Assembly: GCA_963728205.1 (NCBI GenBank)
Contig: CAVSIV010000006.1
Span: forward strand, 96,001-160,000
Source of the DNA: an uncultured Chloroflexia bacterium
Lineage (GTDB): Bacteria; Chloroflexota; Dehalococcoidia; UBA2979
Length of the DNA stretch: 64,000 nt
Direction: 5' to 3'
Part shown: positions 19,787 through 29,730 of the stretch, piece after piece
Numbering within the stretch: position 1 is the stretch's first letter
How the letters are laid out: each line of letters starts with the position of its first letter
Notes under the pieces: model-generated
What the model was told of the DNA's origin: nothing
What the model saw: only the letters and a program-made list of their open reading frames with translations
The model's database searches: none
Made by a program: the position numbers and the translations under genes

Positions 19787-22186
19787 TCATGCGGAGCGCT
19801 GCCGTACCACCCGTGCCAGGTCGATGCGCCCGGCCGATCGCAGCGCGGGGATCTGCGCGATGCCGGCCACCACCAGCATCCCCAGCGCCGCGAGCACGAA
19901 CGTGCGCGCCCGCATCTGGAGCCCGAACTGGAAGAGGTCGCTCGAGAAGCTCGCCATGAACTGCCCGGCGACCAGGTAGCCGATCACGAGCCCGAACGGG
20001 ATGCCCAGCACGACGAGCAGCAGGTTCTCGGCCGCGATCAGCCGCGACAGCGTCGAACGCGCCAGCCCCGCCGCGCGCAGCCCGGCCATCTCCGCCGACC
20101 GCTCCGCCACGTTCGCCGACATGGTGTTGAAGATCAGCGCCGACGCCATCAACCCGCCGAACACGAGCATCGCACCGATGATCACGTAGAACAGCCCGAG
20201 CAGGGACTGCACGGAGTCGAGCAGCGCGCGGGCGTCGGTGAAGGACGTCACGCCGGGCAGCGCCGTGAGGCGGTCGCGCATCGTCGCGCCGCCGACCCCG
20301 GCCGCGTAGCGCAGCTGCACCTCGTTCGGCTGCACGAGCGCCGCGGCCGCGGCGCCGCCGCGCGCGGCGACCGCCTGCTGCAGCGCCCCGAGCGACACGT
20401 ACGCGAACGTCCCGAGCGGCTCGCTCACGAACCCGGCGACCGGCCGCTCGACGCCGAGCGAGCTGTTCGGCAGCGACAGCGTCACCGTGTCGCCGACCCG
20501 GATGCCGAGCAGGTCGCGCATCGCGACCCCGAGCAGCACGCCGCCGTCCGGCGGCAGCGTCGCCTCGCCGCCGCCGACCCGCAGGAAGCGGTGCATCTGC
20601 GTGCCGGCCGGGTACGCCAGCAGCTCTGTGCCGTACGCGCGATCGCCGTGCGACACAACGACGACGGCGTCGAGCACGCCCTCGGCCCGCGCCACGCCGT
20701 CGACATTCGCGACCGTCTGCACCGCCGCCGCGTCGGCCGGTTCGCTCAGGTGCAGGCTCGCGTTCCATTGCTGCACCTGGTTGAACTGGCGGTTGAGGAG
20801 GATGTCGATGGTATCGAGCATGCCCCATGCGACGATCACCAGCGTGAGCGCGAGCACGACGCCGCTCGCGGTGTAGACGCTGCGCCGCTTGTTGCGGCCG
20901 ACGTTGCGCAGCGTCATCCGCCAGCGCGCGGGCAGCCCGCGCAGTGGCGGCAGCAGGCGCTCCCACAGGCTGAGCCCGCCGCCGCCGGTCGGCGCCATGC
21001 CGCGCATCGCCTCCGCGGCCTCGACGCGCAGCGCCGCGAACGCCGGCGCCGCGGCCGCGATCAGCCCCGCGACCGTCCCCGCGATCACGCCGACCGCCGC
21101 CGTGCCGGCGTGCAGGCCGTGCACGGTGATCGGCAGCGAGATCTCGGCGGTGTACGCACCGGTGATCGCGCGGCCGAGCAGCACGCCGATGACCGCCGCG
21201 GGGATCGACGCGACCAGCCCGGCGGCGAGCCCGTACTCGAGATAGTGCAGCAGGATCGTGCGCGCGCCGAGGCCGCTCGCCCGCAGCGTGCCGATCACCT
21301 CGCGCTGGCTGTGCACGAGGCGGCTGAGGAGGATGTAGGTGCCCATCATCGCGGCCGACAGGAACAGCAGCGGGAACATCACGGACATCTCGCCGAAGCC
21401 CTGGATGTCCTCCTGCAGCGCCGCGTTCGACGGCTGCTCGGCGCGCGTGTAGGCGTCGAGCCCGCCGAGGCCGCGTGCCTGCGCGGCGAGGCGCGCGTCG
21501 GCGGCCGCGGCGTCGGCGCCGTCGCGCAGGCGGATCATCGTCTGCACGCGGGCGGCGGGCAGCGCGGCGACCAGCGGCTCGGGCGCGAAGATCACGCCGA
21601 AGTCGTCCGGCGACGTGAGGATGTCCTGGCGGCTGCGCGCCGGCCACAGGTACTCCGCCGAAGCCGCGACGCCAAGCACGTCGAGCGTGTGCCAGCCGTC
21701 CGCCTCGTAGACGTCGATGTGGCTGCCCGGCGCGAGGTGGAAGTGCGCGGCGAGGTGCTGCTCGACGAGCACGCCGTCGGGCTTCGCCGGGTCGAGGTAG
21801 CCGCCGTCCTGCACGAGCACGCGGTTCACGGCGGGCTGCCCCGCGGCCGGCATGCCGACCACGCTGCCGAAGAGCTTGTGCTCGCCGCCGCCGGCCGCCG
21901 CGATCCGGAACGAGACGTCGGCGACCGAGCGCGTCGCGACCGCGGAGACGTCGGGGTCGCCCTGCGCCGCCTGCGTGATCTGCGGCGCGTCGCCGCCGGT
22001 GACCCAGAGGCTCGCGAAGCGCAGGTCGACGAAGAGCCGGTCGTAGGACGCCTGGAGGTTCTGGAACGCGTCGTACGACGCGCCGAAGAGCACGATGCCG
22101 ATGCCGAGCGTGACCATCACGGCGACGAACTGCGCGCGCTGGGCGCGCACGTCGCGGCGGAGCTTGCGGAACAGCAGCCTCACCAT
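19787..22186 (-). CDS. FtsX/MacB-type ABC permease (duplicated)
   Basis: KLRRD, SQREVIGTLRASG, ERSAEMAGLRAAG; two permease repeats. Confidence 0.9.
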   Translation of the reverse strand: MVRLLFRKLRRDVRAQRAQFVAVMVTLGIGIVLFGASYDAFQNLQASYDRLFVDLRFASLWVTGGDAPQITQAAQGDPDVSAVATRSVADVSFRIAAAGGGEHKLFGSVVGMPAAGQPAVNRVLVQDGGYLDPAKPDGVLVEQHLAAHFHLAPGSHIDVYEADGWHTLDVLGVAASAEYLWPARSRQDILTSPDDFGVIFAPEPLVAALPAARVQTMIRLRDGADAAAADARLAAQARGLGGLDAYTRAEQPSNAALQEDIQGFGEMSVMFPLLFLSAAMMGTYILLSRLVHSQREVIGTLRASGLGARTILLHYLEYGLAAGLVASIPAAVIGVLLGRAITGAYTAEISLPITVHGLHAGTAAVGVIAGTVAGLIAAAAPAFAALRVEAAEAMRGMAPTGGGGLSLWERLLPPLRGLPARWRMTLRNVGRNKRRSVYTASGVVLALTLVIVAWGMLDTIDILLNRQFNQVQQWNASLHLSEPADAAAVQTVANVDGVARAEGVLDAVVVVSHGDRAYGTELLAYPAGTQMHRFLRVGGGEATLPPDGGVLLGVAMRDLLGIRVGDTVTLSLPNSSLGVERPVAGFVSEPLGTFAYVSLGALQQAVAARGGAAAAALVQPNEVQLRYAAGVGGATMRDRLTALPGVTSFTDARALLDSVQSLLGLFYVIIGAMLVFGGLMASALIFNTMSANVAERSAEMAGLRAAGLARSTLSRLIAAENLLLVVLGIPFGLVIGYLVAGQFMASFSSDLFQFGLQMRARTFVLAALGMLVVAGIAQIPALRSAGRIDLARVVRQRSA

Positions 22187-22911
22187 GCGACGCGCTCCGC
22201 GGCCACGGGCTGCGCGACGCGCTCGTCCGCCGTGATCGCGCCGGAGCGCATGCGCAGCACGCGGTCGGCCATGTCGGCGATCGCGGAGTTATGCGTGACG
22301 AGGAGCACGGTGTGGCCCTGCTCGCGGCTCGCTCGCTGCAGCAGCGCGAGGACCGAGCGGCCGGTCTCGAGGTCGAGCGAGCCGGTCGGCTCGTCGCAGA
22401 GCAGGATCGACGGCGCGTTGACGAGGGCGCGCGCGATGGCGACGCGCTGTTGCTGGCCGCCCGAGAGCTGGCCTGGGAAGCGGTCGACCTGGTCGCCGAG
22501 CCCCACGCTCTCCAGCGCACGCCGCGCCCGCGCCAGCGAGGGCTCGTCGGCCGGCCGCAGCTCCGCGATCAGCTGCACGTTCTCGAGCGCGGTCAGCGTC
22601 GGCACGAGGTTGAAGAACTGGAAGACGAAGCCGACGTGCTCGCGCCGGTAGGCGGTGCGCGCCTCCTGGTCGAGGCCGGTGACCTCGACGCCGCCCGCGA
22701 CGACGCGGCCGCTCGTCGGGGACTCGATGCCGCCCACGATGTTGAGCAGCGTCGTCTTCCCGGAGCCGCTCGGACCGAGCATCACGACGAACTCGCCGCG
22801 CCCCAGGGACAGCGAGATGTCGCGCAGCGCGTGGACCGCGATGGCGCCCGCGCCGTAGGTCTTGGCGAGGTGATCGAGAACAATCGCCTCGCCGTCGTCG
22901 CCGTTCGTCAT
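22180..22911 (-). CDS. LolD/MacB-like ABC ATP-binding protein
   Basis: [37 protein letters not shown]. Confidence 0.93.
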   Translation of the reverse strand: MTNGDDGEAIVLDHLAKTYGAGAIAVHALRDISLSLGRGEFVVMLGPSGSGKTTLLNIVGGIESPTSGRVVAGGVEVTGLDQEARTAYRREHVGFVFQFFNLVPTLTALENVQLIAELRPADEPSLARARRALESVGLGDQVDRFPGQLSGGQQQRVAIARALVNAPSILLCDEPTGSLDLETGRSVLALLQRASREQGHTVLLVTHNSAIADMADRVLRMRSGAITADERVAQPVAAERVAW

Positions 22912-23522
22912 GCGTGCCTCCCACCCCGCCGGCCGCCGCCGGCATGCGTCGCGGCGCGCGCCACGACGGCGTCGATCAGATCGGAATCCGCGGCGACGGC
23001 CGGGTCGGCCAGCGCCTGCAGCGCGAGCCCGTCCACGGTCGCGGCGAAGACGCGCGCCGCGGTCTCGGGCTCGGGGTCGCCGAGCGCGGCGAACGCCGGC
23101 GCGAGCGTCCCGCTCCACGCGCGCAGCTCCTCGTCCATGAGGTCGGCCACGATCGCCGCGACCTGCGGCTCGACCGCGAGCTGCAGGAGGACGCGGTAGC
23201 CGTCGGGCTGCTCGGTGACGTGCCGGAGGACGCGCTCGACAACGGAGCGCAGCGCGTCGGCGGGGACTGCAGAGGGGTCGCTCTCGGGCAGGGCGGAGTG
23301 GATGGCCGCCTGCACCTGCTCCGCGAAGACGGCGCGGAAGAGATCGGACTTCGAGCGGAAGTGCCAGTAGACACTGGCCTTGCTGATGCCGACGGCGTCG
23401 GCGATGGCGGCCATGCCGGCGCCGTGGTAGCCGCGGCGGGCGAAGAGCTCAAGGGCGGCGGCGAGGATGGCGCGACGGGTGTCGCCGCCGCGCGGGCGGG
23501 AGTGGGGTCGCTGCCGTGGCAC
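22908..23522 (-). CDS. TetR family transcriptional regulator
   Basis: ILAAALELF..GY, IADAVGISKASVYWHF.SK HTH. Confidence 0.9.
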   Translation of the reverse strand: MPRQRPHSRPRGGDTRRAILAAALELFARRGYHGAGMAAIADAVGISKASVYWHFRSKSDLFRAVFAEQVQAAIHSALPESDPSAVPADALRSVVERVLRHVTEQPDGYRVLLQLAVEPQVAAIVADLMDEELRAWSGTLAPAFAALGDPEPETAARVFAATVDGLALQALADPAVAADSDLIDAVVARAATHAGGGRRGGRHA

Positions 23523-23614
23523 ACACCGCCTCCCGACCGTTCGGTCGGGAGGCTACGCGCAGCGCACCGGCCCGTCAACGGCCCGAACGCCGCGCCCGCC
23601 CGCGCATGTCGCGT

Positions 23615-23694
23615 TCAAGCGGCGGCAGGATGCCGCCGACACTCCCGCGGCCCCAACACCGCGCCGGCATCGGCGGCATGCTGCCGCCGCTTGA
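23615..23694. repeat. REPIN-like doublet (variant arms)
   Basis: TCAAGCGGCGGCAGGATGCCGCCGA ... TCGGCGGCATGCTGCCGCCGCTTGA. Confidence 0.85.
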
Positions 23695-23716
23695 GTACGG
23701 CCCGCGTCGCCGGGGA

Positions 23717-24400
23717 CTACCGCAGCTGCTGCAGCAGCTCCTCGGCGATCGGCGGCGACTGCACGGTCGTCGTCGAGTGGCTGAGCGACGCGATCAGCTC
23801 CGCCAGGGCGTCGCGGTGCTCCGGCGCGCGCATGCGGCGCAGCGCCCACAACGCGGCGCGATGGAACGTGAGCGTGGGCTCATGTCGCACCAGGCCTTCG
23901 AGCACCGGCACCAGCGCCGCGTCGCCGATCGCGACGAGCCCGCGCGACGCCGCCCAGCGGATCGCGAAGTCATCGTCGGCCATGGCGTCGACGAGGAGCG
24001 GCGCGACGTCGGGATGAGCGAGCAGTCGGGCGGCCTCCACACCGTACCAGCGCACCTCGCGCCGCGGGCTCGTGGCGAGCGCGCGGACCTCGCTGATGGC
24101 CGCCGCGCCGAAGTCGATCAGGGCCTCGAAGCCAGCCTCGCGCAGGTAGGGGTCGGCGCCGGCGATCCACTCCTGCGCGACCTCCGCACCGTTCTCGGCG
24201 CCCATCAGGCTGAGGTAGGCGTGGCCGAGCGCCAGACGGCGCCCCGGGTCGCTCTCGCGCTGGAGCAGCCGCGCCAGCGTGGTCAGCATCTCGATCGTCG
24301 CGGGTTGGCCGGTCTGCGCTCGCGCGATGGCGTCGCTGATCATCGCCTCGACGTCGTCGCCCGCGCGGTGCTCGGTGTAGGCGGGGGTCTTGTCGGGCAT
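23717..24400 (-). CDS. HEAT/PBS-lyase repeat protein
   Basis: EVRWYGVEA, DDDFAIRWAASRGL..IG. Confidence 0.8.
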   Translation of the reverse strand: MPDKTPAYTEHRAGDDVEAMISDAIARAQTGQPATIEMLTTLARLLQRESDPGRRLALGHAYLSLMGAENGAEVAQEWIAGADPYLREAGFEALIDFGAAAISEVRALATSPRREVRWYGVEAARLLAHPDVAPLLVDAMADDDFAIRWAASRGLVAIGDAALVPVLEGLVRHEPTLTFHRAALWALRRMRAPEHRDALAELIASLSHSTTTVQSPPIAEELLQQLR

Positions 24401-24851
24401 CGGGTCCTCTTTCCGTCTCGACGCGCGCGCCGCGCTCGGCTGCGCGCATCGCCTCTGGGGGCTGTTCCCATGTTCGCACGCGAATGCAGGCGCGCCGCGA
24501 GCGAGAAGGGTCCCGGCCGCTCCACGCGACCTGGAAGAGGTGTACGTCGCACCCGGGTGTCCGGGCAGAGACAAAGGTCCCGCGTTGGCACCGGTGGTTG
24601 GGTCCACGCGGCAATCCGCCACGACGGCGACAGGTTTGGAGCCGGTACCGCGCAGCGGCCGCCCGCTCCGATGGCCGACGAACCGCGCACCGGCCCTAGG
24701 CCGATCGCGCAATCAAAGTCGCGACGTCCCGACGACCCTCGCAGGGACGTTCGCCTGTAACTGCGCCGCCCGATGCTCCGTAACTTGAGACACGGAATGG
24801 CCCCGGACGACGCCCACGCGACGCCACCCGGGATACGACAGGGGGCCAGCC

Positions 24852-25208
24852 ATGGTCCGAGTCTTGATCGTCAACAACCACCCGCTCGTGCGCACGGCGT
24901 TGATCGAGCTGCTCGCGCTCGGGCCGGGAATCGAGGTAGTCGGACACGCCGCCGACGCCGCCGAGGCGGTCGAGGCGGTCCGCGCTCTGCACCCGGACGT
25001 CGTGCTCATGGACCTCAGCATGCCGGGCCACTCGGGCCTCGACGCCTGTCGCGAGATCCGCGGCCAGACGGTCGACGTGAAGGTGCTGTTCCTGGCGTCC
25101 TTCGACGACGCTCGCCAGCGCGCGGAGGCGCTGTGCGCCGGAGCGGCCGGGCTGGTGCTGAAGGACCTGGACCCATCGCGGCTTACGCAGTCGATCCTGC
25201 ACATCTAG
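24852..25208 (+). CDS. Stand-alone NarL/DosR-type receiver domain (atypical acidic pocket)
   Basis: VRVLIVNNHPLVR, PDVVLMD, VLKD; no HTH. Confidence 0.85.
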   Translation: MVRVLIVNNHPLVRTALIELLALGPGIEVVGHAADAAEAVEAVRALHPDVVLMDLSMPGHSGLDACREIRGQTVDVKVLFLASFDDARQRAEALCAGAAGLVLKDLDPSRLTQSILHI

Positions 25209-25218
25209 GGATGTGCGA

Positions 25219-25266
25219 GGGCCGGCTCTCTTGCCTGCAGGGGATGGTAGGCAGGAGAGCCGGCCC
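25219..25266. terminator. 20-bp stem hairpin after the receiver gene
   Basis: GGGCCGGCTCTCTTGCCTGC / GTAGGCAGGAGAGCCGGCCC, with two G-U pairs on the + strand. Confidence 0.55.
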
Positions 25267-25324
25267 CCGCACCCGCTTCCGCCTCCCCCTGCGCCGCGCC
25301 TCGACCGATGCTCCCGCACACGGA

Positions 25325-25354
25325 GAAGCACCCCGCGTCGCCGCGGGGTGCTTC
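25325..25354. terminator. Terminator-like hairpin
   Basis: GAAGCACCCCGCG-TCGC-CGCGGGGTGCTTC. Confidence 0.6.
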
Positions 25355-25557
25355 CGGGTTACGAGACCTTGCGCTTGGCGCGGGTGGGGCTCTTCAGAGC
25401 CCAGGGCCCGGGGCGAACCCTCATCGGGCCACTACGCTGCGAATCGCGTGACGGACTCGGTCTCGAGCCCTGAACGGACCTCTCTGACCATCGGTCACCT
25501 CTCGGTCTGGGGTAGCTCCGGTTTCCTCTGCTGGACTCTTCCGTGCTTCCCTTTCCA
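25325..25557 (-). ncRNA. Candidate structured sRNA or micropeptide transcript
   Basis: Perfect TATAAT at 25569-25564, several hairpins, terminator hairpin; no family recognised. Confidence 0.35.
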
Positions 25558-25621
25558 CTCAGAATTATACACCCGGGAGCAACCCTCTGCACGTCGATTT
25601 GCCGCCCCCCGGCGCCCGCGA

Positions 25622-28018
25622 TCAGGCCTCGGCCTCGAGCACCAGGGCGGTCGTCCGCAGCACGGCGTCGGGGTTCAGCGAGATGCTGTCGATGCCCTGC
25701 TCGACGAGGAACCGCGCGAACTCCGGGTAGTCCGACGGCGCCTCCCCGCAGATGCCGATCTTGCGCCCGGCCGCGTGCGCCGCGCGGATCACCTGCGCGA
25801 TCAGCGCCTCCACGGCCGGGTCCCGCTCGTCGAACAACGGCGCCACGATCTCCGAGTCGCGATCGACGCCGAGCGTGAGCTGCGTGAGGTCGTTCGACCC
25901 GATCGAGAAGCCGTCGAAGATCTCCGCGAACGCCTCCGCCTGGATCACGTTGCTCGGCAGCTCGCACATCACGTAGAGCTCGAGCCCGGTCTCGCCGCGA
26001 CGCAGCCCGTTGCGCGCCAGCTCCGCCTCCACGCGCCGTGCCTCCTCCACCGTGCGGCAGAACGGCACCATCACCTTCACGTTCACGAGTCCCATGTCCT
26101 CGCGCACGCGCTGCAGCGCGCGGCATTCGAGCGCGAAGCCGTCGCGGTAGCGCTCGTGGTAGTAGCGCGACGCCCCGCGGAACCCGAGCATCGGGTTCTC
26201 CTCGACCGGCTCGAACGCGCGCCCGCCCAGCAGGTTCGCGTACTCGTTCGACTTGAAGTCGCTGAGCCGGACGATGACGTCGCGCGGGTAGAACGCCGCC
26301 GCGATCATCGCGATGCCCTCGGCCAGCCGCTCGACGAAGAACGCCGGCTTATCGCGGTAGCCGGCCGTGCGCGCGTCGATCGCGGCGCGCACCTCGGGCG
26401 CCAGCTCGTCGTAGTGCAGCAGCGCGAGCGGGTGGATCCCGATCGCGTGGTTGATGATGAACTCCTCGCGCGCGAGGCCGACGCCGTCGTTCGGCAGCAT
26501 CGCGAGGCGGAACGCCTCGGACGGGTCAGCGACGTTCATCATGATCTTCGTGCGCGGGCGGCGCAGGTCACGCACATCGACGCGCTCGACGTCGAAGGCG
26601 AGCGCGCCATCGTAGACCGCGCCGACGTCGCCCGCGGCGCAGCTCACCGTCACCTTCTGGCCGTCGCGCAGCACCTCGGTCGCATGCTCGCAGCCGACCA
26701 CCGCGGGCCGCCCGATCTCGCGGCTCACGATCGCGGCATGGCACGTGCGCCCGCCGCGGTTGGTGACGACCGCCGACGCGATCTTCATCACCGGCTCCCA
26801 GTCGGGGTCCGTACGGTCGGCGACGAGCACCTCGCCCGGCCGGAAGCTCGGCAGCTCGTCGAGCGAGCGGATCACGTGCACCGGCCCCGCGCCGATCTTC
26901 GAGCCGACCGCCTCGCCGGTGACGAGGACGGGCCCGGTCTCCTGCAGCCGGTACGTCTCGAGCACGGCCGCATCGCGTCGCGACTGCACGGTCTCGGGCC
27001 GCGCCTGCACGACGAACAGCTCGCCGGTCGCGCCGTCCTTCGCCCACTCGATGTCCATCGGCGTGTGGCGGCCGTGGCGCGCGCTGAAGTGATCCTCGAT
27101 GGCCACCGCCCAGCGGGCGAGCTGCAGCACGTCGTCGTCGTCGATCGCGAAGCGCGCGCGCTCGGCGTCGTCGACGCGGACGTTGCGCGTGGTGCGCCCG
27201 CCCGTGTCGTAGACCATGCGCAGCTCCTTGGTGCCAAGCTGCCGGCGCAGGATCGGCCGCTTGCCCTCCGCGAGGGTGGGCTTGAAGACGTAGAACTCGT
27301 CGGGGTTCACGGCGCCCTGCACGACGTTCTCGCCGAGGCCGTAGGCCGCGCTGATCAGCACGACGTCGGGGAACCCCGTCTCGGTGTCGATCGTGAACGC
27401 GACGCCCGACGCGGCGAGGTCCGAGCGCACCATGCGCTGCACGCCGACCGACAGCGCGACCGCCGTCTGGTCGAACCCGCGCTCCGCGCGGTAGGAGATC
27501 GCGCGGTCCGTGTAGAGCGAGGCGAAGCACCGCCGCACGGCGTCGAGCACCGCGGCGGCGCCGCGGACGTTCAGGTAGGTCTCCTGCTGGCCGGCGAATG
27601 AGGCGTCGGGGAGGTCCTCGGCGGTGGCGCTGCTGCGCACGGCGACATCGACGCCGTGCGGCGCGTCGCCGCTGAGGGCCGCGTAGGCCGCGCGGACGCC
27701 GGCGGCGAGCGTCTCCGGCAGCGGCGCGTCGACAATCGCCTCGCGCAGCGTGAGCGCGCGGTCGCGCAGCCGCCCGACGTCGCGCGGGTCGAGGCCGTCG
27801 AGCAGCTCGTGAACGCGGCGGTCGAGGCCGGCGCCGGACATGAAGCGCCGGAAGGCATCGGCGGTCACCGCGAACCCGTTGGGGACGCGGACGCCGCCGG
27901 CGGCGAGCGCGCGGTAGAGCTCGCCCAGCGCGGCGTTCTTGCCGCCGACGCGCGGGATGTCGTCGATAGTCAGGTCTTCGAACCAGAGGATGTCGGTGCG
28001 TGCGGTGGTGGCGGTCAT
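25622..28018 (-). CDS. ppsA: Phosphoenolpyruvate synthase
   Basis: VGGKNA, VAVRSSATAEDLPDASFAGQ, GGRTCHAAI (phospho-His), EENPMLGFRG, SIGSNDLTQ. Confidence 0.96.
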   Translation of the reverse strand: MTATTARTDILWFEDLTIDDIPRVGGKNAALGELYRALAAGGVRVPNGFAVTADAFRRFMSGAGLDRRVHELLDGLDPRDVGRLRDRALTLREAIVDAPLPETLAAGVRAAYAALSGDAPHGVDVAVRSSATAEDLPDASFAGQQETYLNVRGAAAVLDAVRRCFASLYTDRAISYRAERGFDQTAVALSVGVQRMVRSDLAASGVAFTIDTETGFPDVVLISAAYGLGENVVQGAVNPDEFYVFKPTLAEGKRPILRRQLGTKELRMVYDTGGRTTRNVRVDDAERARFAIDDDDVLQLARWAVAIEDHFSARHGRHTPMDIEWAKDGATGELFVVQARPETVQSRRDAAVLETYRLQETGPVLVTGEAVGSKIGAGPVHVIRSLDELPSFRPGEVLVADRTDPDWEPVMKIASAVVTNRGGRTCHAAIVSREIGRPAVVGCEHATEVLRDGQKVTVSCAAGDVGAVYDGALAFDVERVDVRDLRRPRTKIMMNVADPSEAFRLAMLPNDGVGLAREEFIINHAIGIHPLALLHYDELAPEVRAAIDARTAGYRDKPAFFVERLAEGIAMIAAAFYPRDVIVRLSDFKSNEYANLLGGRAFEPVEENPMLGFRGASRYYHERYRDGFALECRALQRVREDMGLVNVKVMVPFCRTVEEARRVEAELARNGLRRGETGLELYVMCELPSNVIQAEAFAEIFDGFSIGSNDLTQLTLGVDRDSEIVAPLFDERDPAVEALIAQVIRAAHAAGRKIGICGEAPSDYPEFARFLVEQGIDSISLNPDAVLRTTALVLEAEA

Positions 28019-28330
28019 GCCGTCCTCTTCTCCGGCACGGCAGGTCCGCGCGACGCGGCGGCCAGTCGGGGCCGCCGGCCCGGGGGGGCCGCGCGTGCGG
28101 GTCGTGGGGCGGTATGGCGCATCCCGCCCTGTGGGGCGGGGTCGACGGGTGCGTCGCGGGCGACGCCGCGCGTGTGCAGTGCGTCACGTACAGGATACCC
28201 GCACCACACAGCGAGGATGCGGCGCCGCACCGGCGACCCAGACGGCGGGGGGGCTCAGCCCGGGACGAGGGCCGCGCGCGGAGCGGCGGCCGGCGCACGC
28301 GAGCGGCGCGGGCGCGTAGGCTGGCTCCCG

Positions 28331-28954
28331 ATGCGCAACACCGCCCTGCGTCGCGCGGCCGGCCTCGGCGCCGGCGCCGCCCTGCTCCTCGCGGCGGCGT
28401 GCGGCGGGACGAGCGCGCCCGCGCGCCCCTCGGGCATCACCACCGCGCTGCCCGGCACCGTCGCCGGGCCGCCGGCCGGCGCGGCCGCCGCCGCCACCCC
28501 GACCGTCGACCCCATCTATGCGGCGTGGGCCCGCGACGTCTGCACCGCCACGGCGGGCTTCGACGCCGCGGTCGTCGCCGTGCAGGACGACGTCGACCCG
28601 ACCACGCTCGAGCTGCCCGACCGCGTCGCCCGTGCCGCCCGCCGCTACCAGGCGTACCTCGACGCGCTGCGCCGGACGCAGGCCGCGCTCTCGACCGTGC
28701 TCGCGCCCGCCGACGCGGCGAGCTACGAGCGCGCGCTCGCCGGGCAGGTGACCGAGCTCGAGCACCTCTTCGCCGAACAGCTGCAGGCGCTGCCGACGGC
28801 GACCAGCGGTACCGAGATCGACACGATGACGGCGGACCTGCAGCGGTCCGCCGACAACCTGGCGCAGGGCGTGCGCGCGGCGGCGGGCGCGCTGCCCGAC
28901 GGCGCGCGCGCCGCGCTCAACGCGGCGACCCCCTGTGGCCGGATCCTGGGCTGA
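28331..28954 (+). CDS. Hypothetical lipoprotein
   Basis: Lipobox LAAAC; helical domain bracketed by two Cys (WARDVC ... TPC). Confidence 0.7.
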   Translation: MRNTALRRAAGLGAGAALLLAAACGGTSAPARPSGITTALPGTVAGPPAGAAAAATPTVDPIYAAWARDVCTATAGFDAAVVAVQDDVDPTTLELPDRVARAARRYQAYLDALRRTQAALSTVLAPADAASYERALAGQVTELEHLFAEQLQALPTATSGTEIDTMTADLQRSADNLAQGVRAAAGALPDGARAALNAATPCGRILG

Positions 28955-28964
28955 GCCGCCCTCC

Positions 28965-29708
28965 TCAGGTCCCGGTCGCGAGCCGCTCGGTGTCGCGGCG
29001 CCAGACGACGTACGAGTACACCACCGCGATGAGCGCCGCGCCGAGGTCCCCGATCATCAGCGCCGCGAACGGCAGCCAGCTCCATCCCGTCGCGAGCGCG
29101 ACGCCCGCCGACGCCACGGTCGCGACGCCGGCGCCGACGAAGAGCCGCCCGGCGAGGCGGTGCGTGAGCCGCCACGACCGCTCGCTGCTCAGCGTCCAGG
29201 GCGTGCGCACGCCGAACATGAAGTTCGACTCCACGCGCCCCAGCACCGCGCCGATGGCGATCGAGACCAGGCCGATCCCCGCCCCCATCACCACGCTCAT
29301 GTCGACCCGGTGCCCGAACGCGCTCGTCACCATCGCGACATGGAGCGCCGCCACGAAGGCGAGCATCGCGACCCACACCACGCGGAACGGCCGGAGCGAA
29401 CGCGCCATGTTCGCCCGTCGCGGCTCGATCAGCGGGATCGCCGCGAACACGCCGATCACGGCGACCGAGATCAGGGGCAGGAGCATCAGCCCCTCGAACT
29501 TGCCGCCGTAACCGTCGGGCTCCCCGTTCACGCCCCAGTGCACGGGGATGCGGTCGCCGGAGACCCGACCCCACGCCCAGGCCGACAGCACGAACATCGC
29601 CGTCAGCACCGCTGCGCTGAGCGTCAGCGGCCCGCGCAGGTCGCGCAGGCGCACGCGCTCCGGCCGGCCGCCGGCGCCGCCGCCGTCCGCGCGCGTCGAG
29701 TGCGTCAC
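28965..29708 (-). CDS. SdpI family immunity-type membrane protein (with DUF1648)
   Basis: IPVHWGVNGEPDGY, N.MFGVRTPWTLSS..W..THR. Confidence 0.88.
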   Translation of the reverse strand: MTHSTRADGGGAGGRPERVRLRDLRGPLTLSAAVLTAMFVLSAWAWGRVSGDRIPVHWGVNGEPDGYGGKFEGLMLLPLISVAVIGVFAAIPLIEPRRANMARSLRPFRVVWVAMLAFVAALHVAMVTSAFGHRVDMSVVMGAGIGLVSIAIGAVLGRVESNFMFGVRTPWTLSSERSWRLTHRLAGRLFVGAGVATVASAGVALATGWSWLPFAALMIGDLGAALIAVVYSYVVWRRDTERLATGT

Positions 29709-29730
29709 CGTCGTGCCCCTTCCCCCCGCC

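Noticed and set aside
25325-25557. tmRNA, RNase P, SRP RNA or hammerhead ribozyme
   Set aside because: No tRNA-like ends with CCA, no GAGGAAAGUCC, no SRP domain IV motif, and no CUGANGA/GAAA core.
28965-29708. Sdp toxin-immunity (cannibalism) system
   Set aside because: Only the SdpI-like gene is present; no sdpABC or SdpR nearby.
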